Shown here: one piece after another, positions 11,785 to 22,862 of the stretch | Layout: each line of letters begins with the position of its first letter | How positions within the stretch are numbered: position 1 is the stretch's first letter | NCBI GenBank assembly: GCA_030295235.1 | Contig: AP026164.1 | Coordinates: forward strand, 558,001-622,000 | Length of the DNA stretch: 64,000 bases | Direction of reading: 5' to 3' | Source: Fistulifera solaris | Taxonomy: Eukaryota | The notes under the pieces: model-generated | Seen by the model: only the letters and a program-made list of their open reading frames with translations | Told to the model about the DNA's origin: nothing | The model's database searches: none | Translations under genes and position numbers: made by a program

Positions 11785-13600
11785 CACGGAATCGGACAGT
11801 GTCACATGGAAGAGCTTCGCTCCTCGCCATCACCGCCACGCGCATCCATCAGCCGTATTTATATAGTAATTAAAATTATTTGGTTTTGAAATGAACAAGT
11901 GTTAGCATGTAGGAGTTGTGGTATACATTTTTCATTGTGCCGGGACATATGGGGGACCCTTGCGAGTGCCCGTAACCGCTAACCTATTTCTAGGATAACT
12001 CATAAGCACCGCAAGAGCTCCGAAGACGTTAAGCAGATGTCAACAAGCGATCACAAACGCCCATGTATCCGGTTGGGAGCGGAAAGGCGAATGTGGCTTT
12101 CATAAGCTGCTCAGCGGGTGAACCCCAAACCCCGCTCAACCGTTACCATTGCTTCACCAATCACTGGCGCACACAGTTCTTCGGCACGCCTCATGGATCC
12201 CACAACTCAGGTGAAGAACTTTTCCCAGCACAATGCTCCAACTGCGTGTTTTCCGGTAAGGCAGGAAGCCTCGCAAGCAGGCAAGCGAATCGTCGAGACG
12301 ACACGAGGTTGCCGTTTCGCGAGACGACTCCTCCTTCCTCGGGACATACGCACCACAGCCCTTCATGCGCTCCCACTATGTATTCAACCATACGGTCCCA
12401 AGCTGTGATCGCAGGCCACAGCTTTGGCAACAACTGAATACGGGGAGGACATCAAACCTCTCTCAGTCGCCTTTGAGAGGAGATGTGAGAAGAAGAAGAA
12501 CGCAGCGAAAAAATAGACAAAGATGTTTGGCGATGCTTCTCCGCTTCTCCTATCGTAAAATCAAAATCAGTTTGTGTTCACAAACTCAATTTAAAAATCA
12601 TTTAGAGGGAACTATCTAAGTATTTCTATTTCGAGCAACGGTTTTCTCCATGTATTGGTTGGGATCCCACCACCCACGAATGAATGTCACGATATACGCG
12701 TCTGCATATCTTTCAATCATGATGAGCGCAGCTGCGAGCCCGGCCTGCTCGTATCTCACAAGTAAAGCACGTGTTCAAAATTCAATTTGGAATAAGGGGG
12801 GAAAGAATGGAAGTCAAGTCCATTATAGGCACTTTTGTTTGCCCCGACTTTGATGATGGGTGAGAGTGAGCACGACGATTTTTGTTTAACGCGTTCGTGC
12901 TTTGCTTTTCAGTCTTGTTGAAAACGGGTGTGACTATGTAACGATTAATTTTACTTAAAGACTGGGTACCGATGTGCATGAGTGAGAGACGAGCTAGGAT
13001 GGTCATGAGTCAATTTAAACTCCGTGTAGGAATTTCATGTTGTTGTGTCATCGGGAGCTTTTCAATCGCAATTCTTCAATGTGTATTTGGTTAGTGTGTC
13101 TGTGTCTGCTCATTGTCAGCGACGAGGTGACTACGGAGTACTTTTTATTTTACTTTTTTTACAAAAGAAGGACGACGGAGGACAACAAAAGCGAACAGAA
13201 CGAGACAATACAAGATACAAGTATCGAGTACGGAATAACAATCCTCTCGACTGATGATAATGCGGAAGGGAAACGATTAGGAAAAGAAGCTACGATATCA
13301 CGACAACAGCGATCACCACTCGTTGAGATTTCCGAGGATGTCATCTGACGCGTTGTAGACGATCTGCTGTATTTGTGGGTGTCATTCCGCGAGTAATCGC
13401 AAAAATGAATGAGTGTCCTTTTACTGTGCTAGAGGAACCGCCATCCGCTTTGGAAATCTTGCACGATTGTGTTTCGCTTGGTTGACCTCTTTTTATTCGA
13501 AAGGCAATATCTTTTTGTTGCACAGTCTCAAAATTGGTGTATCCCTGTCTGCAAATGAAACGCCTCGTTGATGTATCACCCGATGGGCATGCGGATGTGC
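11785..13600. repeat. Dispersed ~1.8-kb repeat, copy 1
   Basis: Near-identical direct match to ~54882-56530; this copy has an extra ~140 bp at 12920-13059. Confidence 0.95.
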
Positions 13601-14552
13601 TTCGCCGTATACAGTTTTCTGCAGAAAGGCAAGACGAAAATGTTCCTGCAGATGACCACTCGTATAAAAGCGATTGTATCCAAACCTTATTCGTTCAGCT
13701 CGACCAACGATGTATGACCGTCGAACTCATTCAATGACACACCAATCATTAAAACAATCAGCAAATAAGGCACAAGAACGTTTATTCACATCGATAGTCA
13801 TGTTCCCGTGCATTAGCATCTGACAACGGCAGAAAAAAACAACGATCCGTACAGCGAAGACTAGCCGCGACAAACGATTGTTTTCGGCAAGAGTTGACGT
13901 GGATCTGGTAGACGACGACAGCCCATGACACCAATCAAGTACCTTAGACCTTTGCATGGGCGGAAAAAGCGTTCGGAGCAGGACCATCGTATCCTGTAGA
14001 ATTTGTGGATGGGAAATTAGCATTGCACAGGGATCAATCACTCCGAGAATCTATTCTATCAGGTACTGGAATGAGGAAATGATGGTGTCTTCGTTCCTCC
14101 CTTGAAGTAAGGGTGCTGTGCCCTCTTTGCACAATGGTCCCATAGCACTGCCGTCTATCAGACCAGTCAGAATTTTTGAATCATTGTTGAAAGTAAAAGC
14201 CGCCATTAAGTGGGCCGGGGATGCGAAGAATCGAAAAAACTAAACCTTTTATGCGATAATTTTCTGTCAGAAAGACGCTGTTGCTTCCCAATCATTACGG
14301 TATGATGTACCGTAGCAAGTCTAATTTTTTCTTTTTCGTGAAAAGTTTCCCCGATACTGTCTCGAAAAAGCACAGGAATGGAACAAAATAGGATGTAGGG
14401 TGTAAACCTTAGTAACTCGGACTGAAAATCAATCACGAGACATCTTTCGTGCAAATTTTACACCATGACAATAACCTGTGAAAGGAAGCAAGAAACAACG
14501 CGTCGAATGAGAAGATCAACGATAAACAGAATGATCTTCCATTTTCAAAAGA

Positions 14553-17328
14553 ATGCCTATGCCATATACTGAGATTCAGCAAAGTGATAGGGAGAAAGAG
14601 CTTGACGGACACCAAACTTCGATCGGAAGTACGGAGGGCGCCTCGCCTCTTGAGATTGAGAACGATGACACTTATTATGACTTCGCTGAGCAAGCACTTT
14701 CTTGGAAACATCCGTGGTTTTTCACGGCGCCTTTGATACTATTGCTGGAAGTACCTCTGCTAAGTGGTAACGCGCTTGTCTTTTATCATTTAACTGGTCG
14801 AGTGTGGGCTGCTACGCTACCAATGCTTCACCTCTTGCTGGCTTTCCTTTCTATTCGCTGCTCTGTGGTCGATGCAACTAATCGTGAGATAAACAGCACG
14901 AGACTGGTGATATCTCTCTCACTTTTGGCTGACATACTTCTCGCTGGCTTTTTCTACCCTTTCTTCTACCATAATATTAAGGAGGCATTTTTCATTGAAC
15001 CAGACGGCACGGATGTCATCGAATGGTCCAACTACAAGCGACTCTTTGATTTATTCGCTTTCAGTTCGAGGGTATATTTCATTTTAAGAACGATACTATC
15101 CACAGTTGGCTGTCTAGCACGCTTTCAAATTGAATGGCCGTTTCTTGTCGCGAAATGTATCACGTCACCAATCTGCTCACTGCCTGCGGAAAAGGAATAT
15201 AGACTGCGGTCTTCCGTGCAGCGTATCTCGTTCTCAGGTATCATCATTGCAACTTTTTTTCTCTTCGTGGTGCATCTTTTCTGTTGCCGTACACTTTCTA
15301 CCTCCTTTTTCGCTTCGACGGAACGCGGACGCAAACGAGTTTTGCGACCCGATAGATGAAACGGAATGCCTTTTGCCTTTCCCGTCTTTCTTTCATTTAA
15401 GGCCGGATGAAACGTCCGAGACGGGTTGGCGAGTAAACCTACAAGAGGCGTCGCTTCCATTGTTACGAGGTGGAATTTCTATGCATGCCGAGTTCTACAA
15501 CGAACTTGATGGATTTTCAACGATGGGTCCAATTCTCTTTTATATAAATGGTCTAAAGGAGGCGCACGAAGCCGGGTTAAATCAGTTGAAAGGCCTAAGG
15601 GAGATTGCAAAGTCTATAACGCAAGAGTCGGTAACCTTTTTGATTGACGTGGAAGGCGCAACGTTGGTCCCACATAGCGCGGAGATTGACTACCTTGATC
15701 CAAATCATCCCATGGTTTTGCTATTTCCAGCGAGGCCACTGAAGCATAACACTCATTATGCTGTGGCCATCGTGAATGCAACAAATGGCAACGGGGGATT
15801 ACTCGCTCGTAGTAGTGCGATGGAGAACCTTTTTCAGGAGAAACAAGCAGAGCAGCCTACAGGTTCGACTAAACCGGATCAAGGACGAATGTATCGATAC
15901 ATAAGCGAAGTGATTCCAGCTTTACAGAGAGCAGCCAGTTGGCTGAATCTCTCGGAAAATCCGGCAGAGCTTCAACTTTTGTTCGATTTTCACACTATAA
16001 GCGAAACTTCCCAGTTGTCACCCGCGCGAGCAGTTCGCGATGGTACGTTCGCTAAAATTTCAAATGAGAAAGAATGGAGGTGGGATGAACATGTCAGGAC
16101 TAACCGCATCGAGGAATATTCTTGTGATGAACCAGAAAGTGTTCTGGCACGTACAGTTCATGCTGAGATGGATGTTCCGTGGTTTCTACAACACTTTGGT
16201 CCTGGTCATCGAGGGGCATTTCTCGATCCCCAAGCCTTAGATAAAGGCCATGCGTCGTCTCTTGGCATTGCAAAATTTTTACTTCACCTCCCTTGCTCAG
16301 CGCGTTCTGCAGCTCTTGGGTATGATCAGTCAAAACCCATACGCGGCATTATGGAGTACGGTCATGGACTATTTTTTAGTCGCTCCGAGGCTTCAGATGA
16401 TTTTCTCCTCCAAATGGCTCATGACGAAGGATATATTATCATGGCAATGGACTGGCGTGGCATGTCCGTTTTCGATCTGCTGGTTGTAATAAAGACTTTG
16501 ATATCGAAGCCGAGTCAGTTCCAATCGGTTCGAGACAATTTAATACAGGGATATGCAAACAAAATAGCCCTACAGCACTTTGCAAGGAATGCAATGATGG
16601 CGATGGATTGGTTCGATTTTGCAGAGAATGACGCTGTCCTGCGATCCGTCCCTTTCGCAAATGACCAATCTTTATCATTTGTATTCTACGGCATTTCACA
16701 AGGCGGAATATTGGGAGCCGGCTATTGTAGCTTAGCAGGGACAACGGCTTTAATCGATCGAGCCATACTTGGTGTCCCAGGGACTCCTTTTGCTCTGATA
16801 ATGACTCGATCTTTAGACTTCCAAGGCTATGATAGATTGCTTTTGATGAATTTCATGACTAACCGACACGTCCGTATCTTTTTGACGATCATACAAATGG
16901 GATGGGATGCCACCGAAGGTGCTGGTTTCCTCGCACCCCCTATCCGAGAACCTTATCCGCGCATGCTTCTACAAGCAGGGCTAGGAGACGTTATCGTACC
17001 AGCTCTTGCAGCCGAGGCTCTTGCCAGAGCTTTCAACGCCACTCTACTACCAGGAAATCCGCGAGACGTTTATGGCTTAGAGCGTGGACAAGCGGCGTCC
17101 TCGACTTCCATTGGACCGAACGTCACATTCACTGAGCTTCTGTTTACGAACGACTACTCCTCTCTACCACTCGACAACACTTTCGCTGTCGACAACCCGA
17201 TTCATGATTGTGTTCGAAGAGACAAAGCATTGATAACACAGATAACAGAATTTATCAATACTGGACGCATAGTAGACCCCTGTGAGTCGGACAACTGTAT
17301 TCGAGAAAAAGATAGTTGTTGGGACTAG
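14553..17328 (+). CDS. Membrane-anchored alpha/beta-hydrolase-fold protein of bacterial type
   Basis: N-terminal multi-TM ORF joined by a T-run indel (~15260) to a domain with CLLPFPS..TGWRV, NELDGFS, YGHGLF, DWRGM, nucleophile elbow YGISQGG, GLGDVIVP and a late His (IHD). Confidence 0.7.
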
Positions 17329-17502
17329 CTATTGAATCGGTTTAAGATGTCGTTCTTCATTATGAGCGAGAACTTATTCGTTTGCCATTGCAAAAGAAAA
17401 AAAAACAAAAATTTACGCCTGTGTCCATGCATGGGGTCGCACGTTCCCGGACTTATACTTTTGCAAAGCAAATGCAAGATAAGGTTGAATAAATCCAATA
17501 AC

Positions 17503-18958
17503 TTACTCTTGCTTTTGACGCTTGCTAGCTCCACCCCTCGTAACGTCTCCGGGCTCGATCGCGACAGAAGTATGAAGAAATTCCGCTGCCTCGGCAGAAG
17601 CCTTGACTTTCACTGCGCTACGCGGTAACATTTCGGCTTCGTACGCCTCGATAGCTTTCCGAATTACTTCCTGTTTATCGCCACTCTCACTTGCCGCACG
17701 ATAAATTGATTTAGTCAGCGACAAAGCATCTAGCAGTGCCTGATTCGCGCCTTGTCCTTTGAAAGGGCTCATGGGATGAGCGGCATCGCCAATCAGGGTG
17801 ACGACTCGATCTCCAATATTCTCCAGACTTCCAATATCGCCCATAAATAGCGTTGAAGGAGAAAGAATTGCGCGGTCATAAACCGGGTAACCAGAAACTA
17901 AATAAGAGGGAGTAGACTTCAGGATGAATTCAATTGGGTTGTGCCAATTGGAACATCGTCTACGGGCCTCCTCCAAAAAAGCTTCATTTCCTTTCTTCGC
18001 GAGATCTAGTGAATCGGACTCACTAAAGGGAAACTAAGCTGCCACATATACGCAGAGCTTGAATATGGCATCATATACAAACGAGTGGTACCGTCTGCAG
18101 TTTGAAATACTGTCTTTCCATCTAGCAACTCACTCTGTGAGCGATCTATCTCCAGCAGCTCGCATATACCGAGCATTACGAAACAGTTCAAGTACCGCAA
18201 ACTATCTCCCACCAATTGTTCTCGAACTTGACTTCTGATTCCATCAGCACCAACTACCAAGTCAGCCGTGTGATGAACCCTTGCTCCACTTTTTATGTTA
18301 AGAAAAGTCAGCAGTACTTGTTTGTTTTCGAGCTTCTCATAATTGAGAAGTCGGTAATTCCAGTGAATACGATCGCAATTGACGTTTTGAATATCTTCCT
18401 GTCCACTGGCAACTTGCAACAGCTGCCGCCGCAGTGACTGCCGAGCGATGTGAATGTTCTGCCGACGAGGTTCTTTCTTTCCTTCGCTCGACTTGATTTC
18501 CTCCTCGCCATCTTCCTGCTTCCAATGCCGCATGCCCCACTGACCAACCACCGTGCCATCGGCTGTATGCACAATATGTTTCGTGGAAGTGATGCCGTCT
18601 TCCAATTTCCAAATGCCGAATCCTTTCAAAGCTTTACTTGCTTGCTGCATAGTCAGTCCGTACCCTTGCGCTCGGTCGATGAAATGGGCATCACGTTCGA
18701 ACACATCATAGGGAATACCTCGATGTCGACAAGCAGCAGCTAGAGCCCAGCCGGCTAATCCACCTCCCACAATAGCGACCCGCGGAAAACGATCATTAGC
18801 TGGCACCCTTTCGTCGGATGGAACGAGTCCAGAGGCGGAACACGAGCCGCACGATTCGACACGTTCCGACAGTCCCTTTTGCGAGCTTTCCGACTGGATG
18901 GCCTTTTCAACATTCCCTCTCCATGACATGCGTTACACACTTTCCATTCGAGCTGCAT
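17503..18958 (-). CDS. FAD-dependent monooxygenase with N-terminal CxxCxGxG zinc-finger-like motifs
   Basis: IVGGGLAG Rossmann motif, ADLVVGADGIRS (DG motif), IGDAAHPMSPFKGQGANQALLD (GD motif); N-terminal CNACHGEG...CGSCSASG. Three ORFs joined at ~18880 and ~18010. Confidence 0.88.
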
Positions 18959-19059
18959 CGTTGAGCTCAACGATTTCTGCAACGATCCCCAACACACGAA
19001 TTGCTGATTGCGGCCGCTTCGGAAAGTACTCCACCAAGGCAACAGAAATACTGCGCTTT

Positions 19060-19431
19060 TCATTTAGTGTTCCGCCGAACAACTCTTTGATATTTCCCCG
19101 AAGCACTTCGCTCCAGTGCTAAGGAGTTCTTCACCGTAGTTGCTAAAGGTAAATCGTTGGGAAAGTGAATGTATCGAATGGTCGATCCTCGAATGTGAAC
19201 GGTGTGCACGGCCTGATCCGTCGATAACCCCAGCCCTAGCGATGATGATGATTTAACATCCTCTAACATCAAATTCATGTCTCCATCGCTCGCGGACAAG
19301 TTTCCCCGGATAATTTTCCCGTTCTTGAGTTCAACCGATAATTGAACACCAATAAAATGACGCAAAAACGTAGCCAGTGCTTTGGGCTGTTTCTTCTTTG
19401 GATTGCCGTCTACTGGTGGTGTCATTGTCAT
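19060..19431 (-). CDS. Sm/LSm-family protein, Lsm10/SmD1-like
   Basis: Sm1 motif VELKNGKIIRGNLSASDGDMNLMLEDV and Sm2 motif HIRGSTIRYIHFP. Confidence 0.85.
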   Translation of the reverse strand: MTMTPPVDGNPKKKQPKALATFLRHFIGVQLSVELKNGKIIRGNLSASDGDMNLMLEDVKSSSSLGLGLSTDQAVHTVHIRGSTIRYIHFPNDLPLATTVKNSLALERSASGKYQRVVRRNTK

Positions 19432-19687
19432 GGTGGATGCTGGAAAACAGTGCGAGGCGCAGCCTGCGAAAACGACGACGTTTCCAGTATTGTGTGCGTC
19501 GTACCAGCATGTCCCAACTGACTTCTTCTTTTAGAGTCAAACTTCTCCTTTTACAATTTACCTTTCCACCCGGGACTTGACTGTGATTTATACTGTGCTG
19601 GTCGATTTGCGCGCCAAAACTAGGCCACAGTATTGGATACGGTAAATCACAGCCCGGCACTCCAATTCAGTACGGTACGTCACTCGA

Positions 19688-20473
19688 ATGCAAATGCCAC
19701 CATTCACTTTCTCCTCCTCTGCTTCTGCGACTGCGCACCTTGATGATGATCGTCGACCTTCCTCCCGTCCACCACTCACACCCACTCCTTCACATTCATC
19801 TTCGATTCGTTCGTCGTCCCCTTTACTCATTCGCTGCTCCTTCATTCAAGTCAGCGGACCTCGCAAGGCAAGTCCTCCGAAGGGAAGGAAGAAGATGTCG
19901 ATCCATCTTTGTCAACACAATAGTGACAAAGTCTCGATGGATGATTCATCGGCTTCCTTGTCTTCGAGCCGAAGCCTGCTCCAACTGGAAACCGCGATCC
20001 ACGAAAGTGACACCTTTCATGGTACGTCGTTACAACAAGTAGAACGACCCTCCAAACACCAAGACAAGAAAGGTTTGCACAGACGATGCTCGTCTTCGAG
20101 TCTTACGAGAGTATCGTCTTCGTATACCGATCCATCCATTCCGGCCTTTGTGTACATTCCCATTGCATTCTCACCAAGTTCCCCATCGATTAACGATGAT
20201 GATGATGCATCTTCATCTTCTGAAGAAGACTTGGATATAATACACTTGAGCCACGAGTTTCATCACTGGCAAGCTTTTCCCAACATGTCTGATGTGAAAC
20301 GCAACACGACATGGGGAATCATCACCGCTACCGTCAACGATGTGATAGTGGATGAGCAGCTGCAACTGGTTAAGATGGACTACTTTTCACCATCCGAAGC
20401 CAGTCCGATACGGCAGCCCAAGCCGCCTCTGTCTCATTGTTCGCTCTCCACTTCTTCGCTCCTCGTGGTATAA
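19688..20473 (+). CDS. Ser-rich hypothetical protein
   Basis: 261-aa ORF, low complexity, no recognised motif; start uncertain. Confidence 0.4.
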   Translation: MQMPPFTFSSSASATAHLDDDRRPSSRPPLTPTPSHSSSIRSSSPLLIRCSFIQVSGPRKASPPKGRKKMSIHLCQHNSDKVSMDDSSASLSSSRSLLQLETAIHESDTFHGTSLQQVERPSKHQDKKGLHRRCSSSSLTRVSSSYTDPSIPAFVYIPIAFSPSSPSINDDDDASSSSEEDLDIIHLSHEFHHWQAFPNMSDVKRNTTWGIITATVNDVIVDEQLQLVKMDYFSPSEASPIRQPKPPLSHCSLSTSSLLVV

Positions 20474-20662
20474 CAACTCCATCACGATGCGACGGGAAAA
20501 CCCCGCCCTGTCTCAAGTACCGCCCGCTAGCGTGGACAATACTCCAAATAGCTACTTGGAGATAGTTTTCTATTTATGTGTTTGCAAGAATTAGTTTGTA
20601 ATTGTGAGAGATAATTAGTGTTTATTTGTCAAAGAAAGGTTTAGGAAAACGCTCACTGCCGT

Positions 20663-22246
20663 TTACATTTCTACATTGACTTTGAGTTTCGGCTGCACTC
20701 TTAGCAAGGGTGGTCGAACACCACCAAATTGAGAAACTGTTTGCGGGTCGTCGGCATCATTGTGAACGCCGAATGTGATGCTGTTCCCACCGGGGAGATC
20801 ATAGCCCACAAAGCCTTGTAGACTGCCGAACCCATCGGGGCGGAGCATGGCTACCAGATCCAAAGCTATGTCCACCGATCTCTTTCCCGGTTTCTTTTCC
20901 TTGCTCACTGTCTTTTCACTTGATTGAGGCGCAAAATCTTTGCAGAGGGCGAATCAGGAAAGGCCATCACCGCGTCATTCAGGTCGGCAATGATGCCCCG
21001 GATGACATTTTCTTTTGTGAGACCCAGAGAAGGTACTTCGACTTTTTCCAACGTCGTTTCGACGATAAGACTTTCTTGTCGTAGAGCTTGAGCCCCCGTT
21101 TCTACCTGCGTTTCAGCATTCGACAGAGCTGTCTTCAGCAATTGCTTCTCCAAACGTTTCAAAGCCGCCGCTCGAATTGATTCAACCGACTCTTCAAAAA
21201 CAGAAGTTATTCCTCCATCCATCAATTCGATCAGTTGCTGGCGAATTTTTCGGCGATAAGTTGCAACCGACGTCCATCCGGTGACAGCACGAGTTTGACC
21301 GTCCCATTCGGCTAGGACGGAATCACGGAGTTCCGCAGCAGTCTCTCCCAAGTCATTCACACTCAAACCACGAGCCGTTCGGCGTTTCCAAACCAGTAGC
21401 TGGGCCTGTATACGGCGCGTCAATTGACTGGCTACAGTGCCTAAAGTCAAGTAGGCGCTGGCTACATTTGGAGGATCCAACGCAAGCTCCGTTACGCCGG
21501 ATTGGCGGATCTCTTCATTGGCCAGCAATAAAGCTTCAGATAATGGCTTTCCTTCCTGATTATTTTTGGTGTCTCCAGCTAGAGCAAAGATCTGTGACAA
21601 GACGATCGGCGAGTTAGGCTAGTCGAAACAAAGCACAACGTCAACAAAACATGATGCTTACCTTCGCTGCATCCGCGGACGAGGAAGCTGCAACTACCTG
21701 AAGATCAAACGCTTCATCAAAACGCATGTCATTGTTTTGCTCTACAGCAACAGTATCATACAGTGATTTCACTTGCTGTTTTAACAATTCCTGATCAACC
21801 TCTTCCTCATCGGCCGAAGAAACAACAAGGACGAGGCTTGTTTTTCGCGGAGTCGATGCCCGAAAGATTGCAGTCAATGTACGCGCATGTCTTGAATTGT
21901 CTATACCCGATAGAATATCACCGTTCGTGATACCCTCTAGAATGATTGTCGGGGCTGTCTGTGCGCACAATGCCAGAGCTATCCGATCGGCAGTTGAAGT
22001 ACTCTGCAGCGTCGCTCCTCGGCATAGCATTTGATTTGTCGCCGAATCATAACTCAAGATATCATCAAACGCTTTTCCCAAAAATAAAGAAGGAGTGCCG
22101 GGAGAAGGGATGATAGCTACTAAAGAGTCGGAAGAAGCCGATGCAGGGATTGAACCTAATTTTAGTGTCCCACTCGGATCCAGAATTGGTGATGCAGCCG
22201 CCGCTAGAGACACGGAAAGGAAAGTCGACAAATACCGTAAAAGCAT
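20663..22246 (-). CDS. Signal-peptide-bearing protein, possibly periplastid PPP1-like
   Basis: Signal peptide MLLRYLSTFLSVSLAAAA; intron 21592-21661 with CTAAC branch point; A-run indel ~20915; conserved-looking C-terminus MLRPDGFGSLQGF...TFGVHNDAD...RVQPKL. Confidence 0.7.
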
Positions 22247-22862
22247 ATTGTTTTATTTTAGATAAAGCAAGACACTGAGAAAAATTCTGTTGAACTCTTT
22301 TACTTTGATTCAACAACTACCTTCCGACGGAGTATTTGTGTGGCCCTTGCTAGTTTATATCCCAAGAAAAGCAAAACGCAAATCTGTTTGTCGGCACCCG
22401 CAATAGCTTCCACCTGGCGCCGCCCGTCTGTCATGCATCATATGGTGCCGTGTTGGTGATTTGTGTAGACTATCAGCTATTTTGTAGAGACGATATCATC
22501 CTTTCTGCAATTTTGCAAGAGGCCATAATTACGAAACTTCAAATAAGATAGCAATGCTAAGCTGTATCCTGTTTTATGTACGTTGGTGGGGCAGTTCGAT
22601 GTTCGATGCTTCTTTTTGGTTTCTGGGGGTCGGAGACTACGTTTTAGTGTAGAAAGTTACCATTGTGGTTGGGGGCATTTCCATACGGCGGCACGCTCGG
22701 ACGAAAGCAGCGACGAGCAGCATCGTCCATGGTGCTGCGCTTTGTATCCTGGATGAAATTCCGTGAACATACGCTCCATTTTGCGACGAGCATCTCTTCT
22801 TCATTACATTAAGTCACCATTTTCATCGATTATAATCATTGAACGTAATTGACGTCTCCGCC

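Noticed and set aside
13245..13290. Hammerhead ribozyme (CTGATGA...GAAA)
   Set aside because: No pairing for stem II or convincing stems I and III.
12063..13523. Short ORFs conserved in both repeat copies
   Set aside because: Conservation simply reflects DNA identity; ORFs overlap on both strands with no motifs.
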